A stretch of DNA of 63,635 bases, the filler included, from Choristocarpus tenellus KU-1152 (Eukaryota; Protista; Phaeophyceae), in NCBI GenBank assembly GCA_964200185.2. It is 8 parts of 8 records of this genome, joined end to end, with 100 filler letters (N's around TTAATTAATTAA, not from the genome) between each part and the next. Parts side by side here need not be neighbours in the genome. Positions count along the whole stretch, not along the records: positions 20,322 to 34,313 come from CAXNAD020001307.1; positions 34,414 to 43,697 come from CAXNAD020003818.1; 6 more parts are not named here. One strand, written 5' to 3'. Within the stretch, counting starts at the first letter, position 1, and every line of letters begins with the position of its first letter. Below the pieces are notes generated by a model. It ran no database searches. It saw nothing but the letters and a program-made list of their open reading frames with translations, and was not told the origin of the DNA. A program made the position numbers and the translations under genes. Below, one piece after another: positions 22,696 through 35,811 of the stretch.

Positions 22696-24748
22696 ATGGA
22701 ACCGTCAAGTCCACGGGAGGGGTTATTCGGATTCTCCCCCGAGCAGTTCTGCGACGAAGGTGGGCCTCAATCTACCTCAATTCTTTGAGGGATGTATCCT
22801 TACACTGATGGTCAAGCTTTGTTTTTCACAATCTCGATGGATTATTTCCTGATGCTATCCACTCGCCCTCACTGCCCTGTGCGGAATTGATCAGCCCATT
22901 GATGAACTGACTTCTATTGGTTGTCATTCTGTTTCCCATCATGTTGTCGTCCCAATCGCGCTCGACTTTGGAACCCACGCCCGGCACCCGGGGCAGTGTA
23001 CGATTACGTCGATGACTACCTAGCTGATGGAATGGATGAGATGGAAGAGGAGCTACTCAAGGTAGTGCTTGCCGTTAGGGAATCTAACTCTGTGTTGAAC
23101 TCAGGCGCATGCTACTTTTGCTTCCTTGTTTTCTGTTCGAAACTGGAATAAAGCATGCGACCTTCCTTCCAAGACCCACTACCTCTCCCGTCTATTTCAA
23201 GGTCCCTCTCTGTGGTGTCTTCTTTCCGTGAACATAATTTTTTTTGCAGGGCTTAATGTAGTAAGGCATATTCCCTTTGTGTATTCTAGTCGCACTCATC
23301 GCTAACCCTCTTGAATTACCTCACTTGTCTATAGGCTGCTAGGGTAGATAGCAGGGAAGACAAAGATCTAGAGGAGGCAATACATTCTTGCTGTGACAAC
23401 TTCCAGAAAGAGATGCAGAAAGAGTTCGACAAGAACCTCGATATATTCGACCGTTATGTGAAGAAGAACGTATTTGCCGCCATTCCGGAACATATCTTGG
23501 TGGGGTGTGGAACAGGGGGGAGTAACGGTTTGAGTGGGGAGGAAGGAATGCCAGGGATGGCCGTCGATAGTGATAAAGGACTTGATTCTGGCATGGAGAC
23601 CGCGGAGTGGGAGGCAGAGCTTCATGAAGGTATGGGACTCCCGACAGCAGACGAGGAGAGGGCGTTGGATATCGAGTTGGAGGAGCTCAGACGGCGACGA
23701 AGGAAGGTGATCTCAGTCAATCAAATATTCTTAATTGCAATCAAATTATCCTTGCAAATTCTCATATTCAGTGTGCTCGCGTTGCTGTGGCCATACCTAC
23801 CACTGCGTTCTCATCAATCTAATTTTACAGAATGTCGTCAAACGTACATATGCACTTGCGCAGCCACCCATATCAAGTCTATGGTAGATCAGCAACAAAA
23901 TACCATCAGAAGAAGGTTACACTTCTGCTACAGGACAGTAGGAGTGGGTTTATCGCACACCATGTACTGCTTGTGCTACAGGCATGTTGTCAATCTACCT
24001 TACTGCACTTGCTTTTATTATGGTACTTAGATGTCTGTACATTTTTGCTTAGACACGTAAGAGGAACCTTTTCATCTCCCATACCTCGTTTTGGCCTATG
24101 CCCATGGCACCACAGGCTGATCGGCGACGCAAAGAGCTGAGTCGAACAAATTCACGGCTCGTGGCAGTCTCGGAGATGACAAATGAGTTTGTGGAGGCTC
24201 TCAAGGCTGGTGTTGAGAGCATTATTGATGAAAATGGTCTGGCACCCCTCCCAAACAAGGTTAAGGAGGCTGTGGATGCAAGTGCTGAGCTCCGGGGATT
24301 GACTGCTGAAGCGATAGGTGTGACACTTGGTTGTATTCTCTTCACAGTAATGTTCTGTATGCTAGTACTTCACTGAAGTTGCGAAGCCAATTTCTGCTCT
24401 CATGAATAGTTTATCTATGAAAATGTGCAGCAAGATTTATGTTGTTACGCCTGTCGCTCCAAAGGCCTTGTCAAATATTTCACTTCCTGAGCTCTATGAC
24501 GCTCCTTAATCTTCTCCTTCCAATGTTTCTTCATGCCCCCACACCTTGCCCGCTCCTTGGTATTTCCAGACCTGACAAGGAGGATAAAAGAAGAACTCTC
24601 ACGTGGCAGTGGGAAGGCTGGGTCTGGGGCATCTTCCCCCCAACTTCAGGGTATTCAGGCAGAATACCAGCAGGCTCGTCAGCAGGTGGTGACAGGGGGA
24701 CAAGATGAACTGGCAGAATTGGTATCCAAACTTAAGGGTTCACAATAG
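22696..24748 (+). CDS. MIS12: Kinetochore protein Mis12; exons 22696-22759, 22997-23061, 23335-23706, 24116-24317, 24570-24748
   Basis: The spliced product MEPSSPREGLFGFSPEQFCDEVYDYVDDYLADGMDEMEEELLK...FDKNLDIFDRYVKKNVFAAIP matches both conserved Mis12 blocks (FGF.P..F.D.V; D.N.D.F..Y...N.F.IP). A coiled coil follows (LDIELEELRRRRRK). Confidence 0.85.
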
Positions 24749-26939
24749 CGGAGGTTCCTTTCTGCAACTCTTGGATGGGGTCATACATACAAATATATAT
24801 ATATATATATGTTAGTGGCTATGTTCTTTGTGTGGTGTGGATGGGGCACTGGATTTTACTCCCACAACTACTGTTGTGGATTTGGGCACCCATGAAGGAG
24901 AGTACAAATAGTAAAGTTTGGGCTGTACATGTGTTGGCAATGAGAAGGCAACCAAAACTCGTTCCCGGTCTGTTTCTGGTGGGGACTCTTGCATTGCAAA
25001 AGGATTGGCGTGGACCTTGGCTCGTGCCACTGCTGATAGCAAGGGAAATTTGCATGCCTAGAGGGGTGCAGTGATACTCACCCTCGTCTTGAAGGAGGCT
25101 GCAATCGTTGCAGTTTTGATGACTATACAAAACTGCAATATTCAAGGCAGCTGGATTTGCTACAATCGTCAAGAGATTCTTGTTTCAATAAACCTTGGTG
25201 ATTTCCCATTTAGTAGTACCACCCTCAGCAGTGAGAGTTGTGGGGGGGTATGTTCACCAGCTAATTCAGAGTGAAGCTGCCTGTGGTGAGTGTCCATGTG
25301 CAAAATTTACTGAGCAGTGGAGAAGCCATTGAATTATATTCTAATGGCCACATCCCCTGTGATCTCCGTTGCAGAGGTGTCTGAAATGGTATATACCTGT
25401 GACACATACGGTGTTGCTGGGGACACCTTTCATATTGTGGTTAGGGATAGTAACCACAACCTTTCTATTGTGGGTCACAAGAACGTGGCTGTAGGTGTCC
25501 AGGGCACAAGCCAAATACTCCGCCCAAATAGAGAGTTGTTTAGCAGGAATTTTTCTGCATACTGAAGAATTTGGACGTTTGTGAATTATTTGACAGCATG
25601 TAGCGCTACAGGTGCCTTGTTTGTTCACCTTAAAAAGGTATGTTAAAGTCATCATGTCAGAAGATCAATTAGTGTCCCCCCTGAGTGGTAGGTGGGAATG
25701 TGCTATATTTTAGGGAACTTCACTTCCTCTTAGACAAGATATCCATAATGGATGTAGGTATCTCATGTATTTTGGTGCATCATGTAGTGTACATTAGTAG
25801 CAAGTCAGTGACAGCAAGAAAAACTTTTCTCATGGTGTCTTCCCTTGTATATATGTGTCCAGTTTGGCCTCCATACACAACCGCCAACAATGTTTTGTGA
25901 AGAGCATAGATTGAGGTAACTATTGTCACCATTTTGCCATCTCAACGGTACCTGGTCTGGTTGTGGCCTGGTTGTAGCCTGGTTGTGGCCCAACACTGGG
26001 TCCATTCCAAAACTCAAACGGTAGAAGCAATGGGATATAACTCTAATTTGGAGCTAAATCAGCCCAATGTGTGAACTGCCTCAAATATTTATTCTGTTTT
26101 GCAGTTGTGGTGATTCAAATTCAAGGGAGTCTTTATGACCTGCTTGATGGTAGTATGAGAGATGAAGGGCAAGATGTATGTAATTGAGATGCTATGCACA
26201 TGTACACATGCATGTTGAGGGATTGATGATGAGCATCCCCCTTCTTCTCATCCATCAATAACCTCATCCTCTCACCTTGAATCACCCTCACTGCTCATTC
26301 TCCACATACACTGCATTCATGGGCCATCCCTTGTGGACATGAACTTGTTGTGTTTGATCTTTCCAGAGAACAGGCAGTATTGTCTATCCTTCGTTACTCT
26401 TGGACACTGGAAATAGAAGAGTAAGAAGAGTAGGAGGAATTGGTACAATTGTATGTCCAACAATTTCATTCTGCCTCAGAGTAGGACTGTTAGACGTTTG
26501 TTCGTACAGATTGCGGAGGAGGGATATCTGATAAATGCACAAAATTGTACTGTTGATTCTGAAGTGAATAAATACAACAGTGTAGCAATAAATGGGCTAT
26601 TATCAACCACATTTAGAATACGATTATAGTGAGTACATGTGACCATCGGTCAAGGAAACTAATTTTTTAGGTACTACTCTAAAACAGCGGTACTTCATTT
26701 TAGCAAGTGAGACAGATTATCTATCTCACTAAAATTATGCTCTTTGATATTTTGCAGATGCGTCAGGGGAAAAGCCAATCCATTGCTATAAGAACTCCTG
26801 TACGTAAAAGTAACAGTTGTCGCAAATGTAAAAGGTAATTCTCTAAAATCTATTTACTATTTGACTTAACAGCTATACTACACCACTCTCCTGCTATGCC
26901 TCCAACCTAGCTTAGCGCTACACCACAGGGCGAGGAGCT

Positions 26940-27400
26940 ACGGAAACATTCCAAGAATTTGACAGACCCCTCTTTGCCCATCTCCCTGGTGTCTCCAGCT
27001 TGAAACGCATGACACGTCTTCATAGAGCCACTTGTGTTGTGACAGACACTATCTGCTGTAAACGGGTTTTGACAGCTCCTTTCCTTCATGGTGTAGCGTC
27101 CCAGCCCTCTCCACCCTACTTTGTGCGTAGACAACTCATCCAGAAAACTTACTGCTTGCTTACCGAGGCGCTCCAAACTTTCTACTGCGAAGCTATTGAG
27201 AAAAGAACCCTCGTAGTGGGTGCGCTTTCGCGCCTCAGCTGCAGGAGCAGTTCCCCTATTATTGATGGTGGATGAGTGGAGTAGATGGGAGGGTACTTGC
27301 ACTACTGGAAACGGAACATCTGAAATGATCTGAAGAAGAGTATGTTTTTTGAGGCGTTATTTGTACAACGGTGATGATATGTGGTACACTCACAAAAAAA
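26940..27400 (-). mobile_element. Relic 3' end of an RLE-endonuclease non-LTR retrotransposon (CRE-like)
   Basis: AAEARKRTHYEGSFLNSFAVESLERLGKQAVSFLDELS resembles the RLE motif A..AE..K...Y...FAVE..G.LG..A..FL..L. The segment is frameshifted. Confidence 0.65.
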
Positions 27401-27727
27401 AAAGTTCCATAAGGAATGGACCAATGAAGTCGTGTTGTAGACATGGTGTCAGTACGCCATAGGAAATGTTTTCCTATGCGTTTTTACCCGTCCTAAGGTT
27501 ATGTTTGACGGATTATTGGCATTAACATGTCCAACAGGATCTAATCTTCACGAGGAACATTTCAGTATCAACCCCCGTTAAAATTCGTCCTATGAAAGGA
27601 TATCATTTGACCGCGTACTGAAGGCCATAGTTGGTAGTGTATCCTTTAGGGAGTGGAATAAGAGGAACGTCTGCGCGCTCGCGTGAACTACAGCATGACA
27701 TCCATTTTTTACAAGTGTTGCATTTTA

Positions 27728-28964
27728 GGTTGACCGTTTCAGAGATGGTAGAGTGGTGATACAACTGAACGTCATGCCAACCTTGGGAATGGGAAGGTTG
27801 GTGCCCAACCCTTTGCATGCTGTGAACTTGTTTTCAGGCTCCTTCAAGAACAGCAGTCTGGAATTTTCTGGGTCAGGTACGTGATACTGGTGAGCCTGGT
27901 TTTGTCATGCTGGATACTGAAAGCATGATCAATAAAATGGCATGTGCGTGGTTGAAGTACTTGAGGAGTTGATGCTGAGAAGGTCAGCTTCAACTTTCGC
28001 AGTTTTAGGTATGTATCTTGGTCCCTTACACTCACAGCTTCACACAACTTCGCTGTTTGTCCCGACTCGTTCTACAGGACCGCATCTCTTGCCCACACGA
28101 TGTTTGTGTACAGGTACTCTTTACTTGTATCCCTGTAGCGGATCACTGTCAGCGATTGTGGATAAGATGATAGAGGAATTGGAACAGAAATTTATTTCGA
28201 GTCTCGAAGCACGGACCGAGGTGCACCAGTCTTCGGGCCGATTTTTTGGGGCGATCTCGGACAGGTTGGGAGAGGAGCTAGCACAGGAATTCAGCTCCAG
28301 CCTCAATCTTGTTGCAGATGAGCTAGATGCTCAGTTCGATGGCCTGGTTGAAGAAGAAGATATCGACTGTTGTACAGAGGTAGAAAAACGACCGGGGGGC
28401 GGGGTTGACCTGAAAATGAGCAAAGAGACCACCCAAGGTTCAGAGTGGTCAAGGGTCGGTGTAGTAACCACTCCCACCTTAGACCGGGTGTCATCAGAGG
28501 CAACGTTGGCGAAGCGTGGTCGCCGCAGACGAGCAAGGAGGAAGCTAAGGGATCTTGGCAGTGGGCGGAAGCACGCTAGTAGCAAATCCTTATCCCCTCA
28601 AACCCCAGCCCCAACCTCAAATGCAAGCCCAATAGGAATCCCAACGAGACGAAAAAAATATCGTACCCGAAGTTGCACCCGAAAAAAGGACATAGAGGTC
28701 CTCGAAAATTTGGAGGTTCACCAGTCAATAAAAGGTGTCGACCCTGAACGGCAGGGACTACTGCTCGCGGAGTCCAAAAGGGCGGGTCAGAAAGAGGCCA
28801 AAATTGTCGGGCTACTGGCGCTGTTGGGGACCGTGGCATTGTCTGCTCTCCTTGGGCAGGAGAGTCTCCTCCTCGGTCTGCTACCGCTATTAGTATGCAT
28901 CCCAATTGTGCCTGTAATTCTCAAGCCTGGTGCTGAAAACAGGTGCGAGGGAAGAACGCAATAA
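27728..28964 (+). CDS. Unknown spliced protein with acidic and basic low-complexity segments and a C-terminal hydrophobic hairpin; main exon ~28139-28941, boundaries uncertain
   Basis: A long stop-free frame, with phase-compatible small upstream exons at ~27728-27796 and ~27838-27876. The hydrophobic segment is IVGLLALLGTVALSALLG...LLLGLLPLLVCIPIVPVIL. Confidence 0.5.
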
Positions 28965-31900
28965 TATTTACTTTGCCCAAAGCCGTACCTTGAGTTTCAC
29001 AGACTTTTTTTTGTTTTCTATGACATGTTCTGCTTGTGGTTCAACTCTTCAAGCGAAGGTAGACAGTACTGTAGAAGAATGCAGAAAGTTGCAAGGATAA
29101 ATGTCACAGTTGGCAACAATAATGTTTCCGATGAATACCCTCTTTGACCCCTGTACCTTGCGCCCCCTGGAGATGGGAATGGGTTGACTTCTGATCTAAC
29201 TTCTTAAAAGACCAGGCACCAATGCATTTTGAGTAAATGTTCACAATTGAAGGGTAGGTGAGAGGGGATAGACATAGTGTTGTCCTATGCTTCTGTTGGT
29301 TGAGGATGGGTAATTCTTTACTTCACACTGGTTGATGCTCTCCTGTTGTGACTTCTTTTTTCATGCACTCCTTTTTTTCCAAAGGTCGTTTAAGCATATC
29401 CTTTCCCCCTCCACTTCCACACCAAAACTGTCTGTATTCAATGTAAGTGGGTCAGATAGTTCTGCCAAAACTGTGTGTTAAGCCTACACTGCTGCTGCCC
29501 TAGGTCCCCCATCACAGAGTAGAAAGTGTGTGTTGCTAACTCTAGAGATGTGGGGGATGGAGGTTCTCAGATATGCATATCTGCACACATTCAAGTGCAT
29601 CTCCTCCCCCCTATGAAATTGCCTAAGCTGTAGTGTTACACCATGCAGTACAGTGGCTAGCCTCATCACTTGAAGCTCTCTCCTTCAGTGAGTATACTTC
29701 ATTGAGAAGCCCTTTTCAACACAAAGCATTGTAGGATGAGGCATCACCCCCTGAAATGTGGGTTATTTTTATTTACCTAACTCCTACTGTGCATTATTGT
29801 GGTATGAGCAACTCATGGCCTATGCTGAATGCAATCAAGACCTGAATTAAATTGCCTGTATAGGTATGTAGGGTCATCATACCTCATAGCTATGCAGGAA
29901 CTGTTGCCTTTTTGTGGATACTGTTGGCCTAGTTTCTCTTGCCAATGTTTGCCACTTACTGCAGGAGCTCTTGACCCTGTAATTGCTGTATACAACCTAA
30001 ACGTCTTATGTATTATATGCTCTGTCAGCGTTTTGAACTACCAAACCTGCCTCCACTAATGAGTTAATGCACCCTGAATTATTTTTGATGTCTTCCGTAG
30101 CACTCCAAAGTTTATACTAACATAATATGGCAGTTACTAGAACTTGATATGTATTTCACCAATGGTGTGAGTCTTGCAAGCCTTCTGGAACTAGCACTCT
30201 CTTATTCTTACTCCCCCCCCCTCCCTCCCCCCATTGCTATTCCATGAGTACATCAGGCGATGGGTACTCACCTTGTGTCGTGCTGTACCAGGTGTTGCTC
30301 TGTTAATGGGCACCCATAGCTTGTCCCGTGCTTTAGGGAACGCTTTGCTCTAGCGAGCAGATTCAAGGTAAGAGAATGAGGATTCCGAAAGGAGTTTGAA
30401 AGCTTGGCAGAAGTGTGCAGCGAGGAAGTGCCTAGAAATGGCTCCTATCATCCTTTAGCTGGAGTTCGTAATGTACTGGTACTGCTGTACAGGGATTGGA
30501 CAAGGTGTGACTCACATTTTGCCACGGTAGCATACTCTTATTGCAAGGGTCCATAAGGGATTTTGATGGGGTTTGTAACTCCTTCCCCTCGATGGTAACA
30601 AGCGCAGCCCACTTCATGGAGTAGGGGGTTGTTAGTAAATTTACGTTGATTGTTATTTTGTTTGTATCCAACTTGAAGTGCTACACATTGGTAGTATCCA
30701 TAGAATGGAAGAGATGGGTTTTAGGAGTGGTGTATCGTGCCACAATTTTGTTGTCTTGGTTCTTTTGCTTTTACCCATGGCACTCTATCACACACACAAA
30801 TGCATGTGAGCTTGGTAATGCACTCGGCAAGTGCATTGTATTTTGCAAGTGCATGGTTCATAGAAAACTCCACCTTTGTACTACTAGTAGTAACGTGTAT
30901 GTACAGGTGAGGGGCGTTCCTACTTGCTCTGCCAGAAAGTAGTATAATGCATCCATAGTAGATCAATCAGTGTGCCTTTACTTTAGCCCCTTTCCCCTTT
31001 AAGTATGTATCCTAGTGGGGTCTGCTGCTGTCTCAACTGCTAGAGCAGGCTGGCGACACCATATAATAGTGCTGAGACTTCGAAGCTGTTGGATTTGATA
31101 TTTGTACTTGGTGAGTGTTTTGAGGTAGGGATGCAGAATAGGGTTATGTTGTTGCCTTGAAGGTAACGCAGTGCCCTTACAAGGAAGGCTCGGCTCTGCT
31201 GCAGTAGCCGAATGGCTAGAAACAAGTTTAGTGACTTGAACTGTATGTGTGAAGGGGGCATACATTCTTTGTGATAGGTGTATTGCATTGCTGTCTGAAA
31301 TGGGTGATGAAGCAGTAGGGATGTTGACCAAGTGACCAATGGTACTCCTAGGAAGTGGACCACCATCAAAAGCACTAACAGACCCCGCTTAGTTTCAACA
31401 GGTAGGGGTATCACATGACACACTGGAAGAGTCGTATATTGCACTAGAACTAGAGTTGGTACAAATTTATCCCCAGATAGTGCAAAGGCTTGACTTGGAT
31501 GCAAGCATAATGATTGCTTCCCTTGTCAGCATATCCCACGTCTTCTTGCACTGCCCTTTGTGTAAAGACCAATGGCCTGCCTCAAAGACGCTTCCACAGG
31601 GCAGACTACAAGGAGGTTGAAGTAATTGATATGAGTACTGGTTGTGACGATCCAAGTAGGAAGATTTTCTGATTTAGAATTCTTCTCTGCCCACCCGCTG
31701 GCATTGACTCACGTGCCCTTGCCTGTGCTTTGCGGGATGAAACAGTCATGTTCTACAACTAGCTTTGGCCATAGTGGTATTAATATCCTTTTTGTCCTGG
31801 TTAGTACTGTGGGGTGGCCTCTGTGTCTGTCCATGGGCAGTGCTTAAATGCCCGTACATAGGAATTCCAGTCCCTCTTGTTGGCGCGGGCATTATTCACC

Positions 31901-32940
31901 TGATATTTGTGGGACCATGCAAAATAGAGTAGGGGTTGGGCCTATTGAGTGGGCAGGATTTGTGATTACAACGTACTTCGAAATACATCAGGATCACCAT
32001 CACTTGAAGAGGATCAGTGTTTCTGGAAAACAAGGGGTCTAGTCTTCGATTGGGCTTGACATCATTGTGAAGGACTGACTCAGAAGCTACTCTAGCTCGC
32101 AGTATTACTCCCCATTCCTTACCTCTTGCATTAACTAGACACAAGTCCTTAAACATCCATCAACAGCTCTCATTCCCTGTAGTAATGTGAAACATATACT
32201 ACATGGAAATAGAGATACTGCATATTTCATATCTTGGGTGTCTCCGACTCTAGACTTCTCAATCCCCCCATCTAGTACAAACTCGAAAATGCTTGGAACT
32301 CCTGTATGTGCCGCACAAATTCCTCTTGGGTGGGGTACAGCAAATAGTATGGTCAGCTATGGGAGAAATATTTTGCTCTTTGAAGTTTTGTTGGTGCAGT
32401 TGAATCATTGTACCTAATCATACTCATGAAGGGGGAAGACTGAGACCTCACCTGAAGCATTTCCCGCTTGTGCACTGGGTAGCCTGTCACCACGCAGCTG
32501 GGTAGGTCAGATGTGTATAGCCCCTGCAACACATGCAATAGGAATGTGATGGTTTTTGCCAGAATTCCATACCAAGATTGAGGGGATGACTGCAGGGGAC
32601 ACACACAAGCACCCAGCATTTTCGATTGGATTTCGGTGTAGTCGGTGGTACAGTGTGACTAAGGGAAAAACTGTTAACTGTTTACGAGGAATTACTCTTA
32701 CGGCTTGGGGTAAAGTTGTAGCACCGTTCTGCTCCACCGACTACCAATTCCCAGAACATGGAAAGGAGGAAATTTCTGGACTAGTGGGTGACCTGCCTTG
32801 AAGATATTGCAAATTTAAACACTGCAAATAGTGATACAGAACAAATTAGTACTGTGACTTGCGTGGCAATTGAATCAAGTCAATTTCTTCGTTTGAATAC
32901 TGATCGATATCGTGATCAAGACCGTTCTACTTAAATATTA

Positions 32941-34045
32941 CTTCCTCTGTTCGGAATTAAATGTAACATAACTTCTGCAGCCCCAATCAAGAAGCAAGAA
33001 CTTTTTCTTTTTTTTTGACAAATTCATATTCTATGGATGTATTGTACAGACACTTAAAGATTGCCCACCAAAACCTCAACCAAAATGTGACAGCCTACAC
33101 CTATTTATGATTCCGCCCCTGAAGCCCTCAAAAACTCCATTCCAGCACAGTATTTTGCCGCATCCACTGGGCATCAGGGGGAGCTTGCCTGCCTTCTCAG
33201 TCTTTTCCTTGCTAAGATGGGAAATTTTGAATACGTTGTCACCCTTGGACCTCGGCAATTCACTCTAGACTGGGAAAAGGCTCTGCCAGACACGCTCTAG
33301 TGTCACCCAGGGGTACACATCAAATGCCTCCCCGGTGGCCTTCACCAGTTCCTCTGTGTTGGTCACCCACACGTCTTCCTTCAGTTGCTGGATGGAATGA
33401 ATAAGTCACAGGTTGTTGACGTTGAGGTAAGGTGAGTTGACTGGCTGGGTCTCTGTGACAATTTTGTCCCCTGCCACCTCCTCGATTGCCTCTATGATCC
33501 CCCCCCTTCCTTGGTGTGCGGCTTTGCCCCGTTCCTGCTGAATGAAGATGATGTGTCCTTCTGGACTAGGCATGCGAGGCTTAATTGCTGGGATGGCGTC
33601 CTTGATCATTAGCTTCTTATACCTCTCCCCGTTCACCGTGGCTGGTGTTCTTGGGGTGGCGGTGTTTGCTGGAACATTGGGCAACCTTCGTGTCCATGGT
33701 TGGTCATATCCCTATTTTCCCACCGAATCACACCCCACACCCCATTGGAGAGCTTCCTAGGGCGGGCCACAGCTGCAAGAAGCATCACCTTCGTAATGTA
33801 ACACTTATTCTGTGCCTGTGTGGGTTTGGGGGGGTCTTTAGTGGGGTGCAGTATACACCTTGCCCATCTTGGAGGATGAAAAAACGCTTCTCGTCAGGGA
33901 GAGCCCAGCTTTGGTTGCCCATTTGCAGAAGGATGTGCAGTGTTCTAGTGAGACTCCCAAACGTCAAGGATACTTGTACAGCAGTCACATCACCCCTTGT
34001 GACATTGTAGATGGCCCATGCATTCAGAATCAAAGCATTTATAAT
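32941..34045 (-). mobile_element. Degenerate mariner (DD39D-like) transposon, interrupted on the transposase 5' side by a MITE
   Basis: Minus-strand fragments PDEKRFFI, ITKVMLLAAVARP, YKKLMIKDAIPAIK, IFIQQ and QPVNSPYLNVN. A Stowaway-like terminus TA|cttcctctgttcggaattaaatgtaaca lies at 32939-32970. Confidence 0.85.
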
Positions 34046-34313
34046 GGTAGGGCCGCATCCATTCGGGGTCATAAATCCAATGTTGCAATTTTGATGAAAT
34101 TTGGCCATCGTGTTAGTTAGCACGTATCAATATCCTTGCTCTGGACACACCTTTCATTGTCGCATACATTTTAGATATCTGTGTTCACACAAAAACCGAA
34201 AAAGGGCATAAAACCCGAAGTCAGGCCCCAGATGGACAAACAGGGCAAAGGCCCAAAGTAGTATCCGGGGGGGGGAGGGGGGGGGGGGGTCTACACCAGG
34301 GTGGCCCTTTGGG
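34046..34313. mobile_element. Partial ~257-bp MITE copy followed directly by the start of a G-rich MITE variant, which runs into a gap
   Basis: 34046-34249 is similar to 52130-52340. The ggcccaaagta... start at 34250 is similar to the start at 35215. Confidence 0.75.
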
Positions 34314-34429
34314 NNNNNNNNNNNNNNNNNNNNNNNNNNNNNNNNNNNNNNNNNNNNTTAATTAATTAANNNNNNNNNNNNNNNNNNNNNNNNNNNNNNN
34401 NNNNNNNNNNNNNCCAGATACTTTGGGTC

Positions 34430-35512
34430 AAAGGGGGAAACCTGAGTTTCCTCTTTATGGGTTTTGTGGTAAGACCACCAGTGACAACATGGTATTCAGA
34501 TGCGTGCTTTTTCAGTAGTAGGAGGGTACAACGTGGAGGCGGGTAAGTGGTGGAGGTATGATTTCCCGGAGTATGTGCAGAAAGACATTACACAAGGTGT
34601 GATAAAAGGAGAGGGAGGGAGTACATTGATCAATGCATTGGAATTGTAAGGGATGGTAATGAATGCGTGGTTATTGGTGGTGAAAATAGGGGGAAGGGCG
34701 AAGAAGAAGGGAGACCCAGTAATGCTAAGCGGGGACAACAACTCTGCAGTGCACCAGTTCCATAAGTGTGGGGGGGACAGAGATAGGAGGGCGGGTGGAT
34801 TGATGAGGATAATGGAGGCGTTGTAGATAGCAGGGGAATTGTCATTTGCAGCGGAAAATGTTGCGGGGAAGAGGAATGATTTGGTAGATGCTATATCAAG
34901 ATGGGATAGGGACGAAATTCAATCTAACCTCCAACATGCTTGTCCACGTGTTGAATGGCAGGAACAGTCCCTGGGTCGGGAAGGGGAGATGATGTGTTTG
35001 AGTGCCTTGCACCCCTGTACGCCAGAGGATCAGTTGTGTCATCTGCTCAGAAGTGTTATTAGACAGCTTGGGAGCAGTGGTCTGAGTTCCAAACATATAG
35101 AGGATTGAGTAGGTAGTTAGACCCCAGAAGTCGAGAATTGGACGTAGTGAAGGCTCTAGCGGAGTTCATGTGTTTTTGTTGTATGAGCAAGGGAAACCAA
35201 GTAGGTAGAATTGAGACCCAAAGTATCTGTGGGGGTGGGGTGGGGTCTACACCAGGGTGTCCATTTGGGGCAAAATCAAGAAGTGTGCATTTACATTATC
35301 CATCCGACATATGCAACCAAACCACCCCAAAAATTGCAACATAAAAAATTGACCCCAAATGGACAGCCGCCACCCCCCCCCAGAAACTTTGAGCCTGAGG
35401 GTAAGATTTCAGCATTCCAGTATTACCACAAACAATTTCTGAACCTCCAACTTCCCACACAACACGTCATGATTTACTCACAGCTGAAGGGGATGAGGAG
35501 GAGTCACACAAA
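34430..35512 (+). mobile_element. DIRS/Ngaro-type tyrosine-recombinase retrotransposon relic (RNase H plus YR N-terminal region)
   Basis: INALEL..., GDNNSAV and ENVAGKRNDLVDAISRW match the DIRS RNase H signature. ALAEFMCFCCMSKGNQVGRIEGKISAFQYYH is restored after removing the nested MITE. Confidence 0.75.
35215..35395. mobile_element. 181-bp MITE (G-rich variant) with 15-bp imperfect TIRs and a 3-bp TGA target-site duplication
   Basis: tga|gacccaaagtatctg ... cagaaactttgagcc|tga. Partial copies lie at 43640-43697, 54909-54983 and 34414-34429. Confidence 0.85.
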
Positions 35513-35543
35513 ATAGTGGGGTTGAAGGGTCGGGGGGGTGACT

Positions 35544-35700
35544 GGAAATAGTGGCGAAGGGAGTTCGCCCTGGTTGGTCATCAGATTGGGGGGGGTGGCT
35601 GGAAATCAGTGACGAAGGGGGTTCGCCCTGGTTGGTCATTGCAAAGGGGGGGAAGGACAGGAAATCAGTGGCGAAGAGGTTACACTGGGTGGTCATAAGT
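35544..35700. repeat. Three ~58-bp tandem units; the first two carry a G(G/A)CGAA-n5-TTCGCC hairpin
   Basis: A ggaaat(c)agtg(g/a)cgaag...ctggttggtcat core starts at 35544, 35601 and 35660; the third copy is degenerate. Confidence 0.8.
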
Positions 35701-35811
35701 GGGGGTATAATGGGGAGGGAATGGGGGAATGGGTGGATTGCAAACAAAGAACAAAGATAGAACGGGAAAACTGCTGTCTTACATCAAGAAGAGCCAAAGT
35801 AAAAATACAAC

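Noticed and set aside
25250-26400. Transposase or integrase relic downstream of MIS12
   Set aside because: A single IERLW-like word on the minus strand with no supporting catalytic motifs.
30370-32800. Gypsy LTR retrotransposon
   Set aside because: Only a faint RNase H-like HTNACELG and conflicting strand hints; too degraded to call.
35544-35700. CRISPR array
   Set aside because: Eukaryotic context, only three degenerate units, spacers short and mutually similar, and no cas genes.
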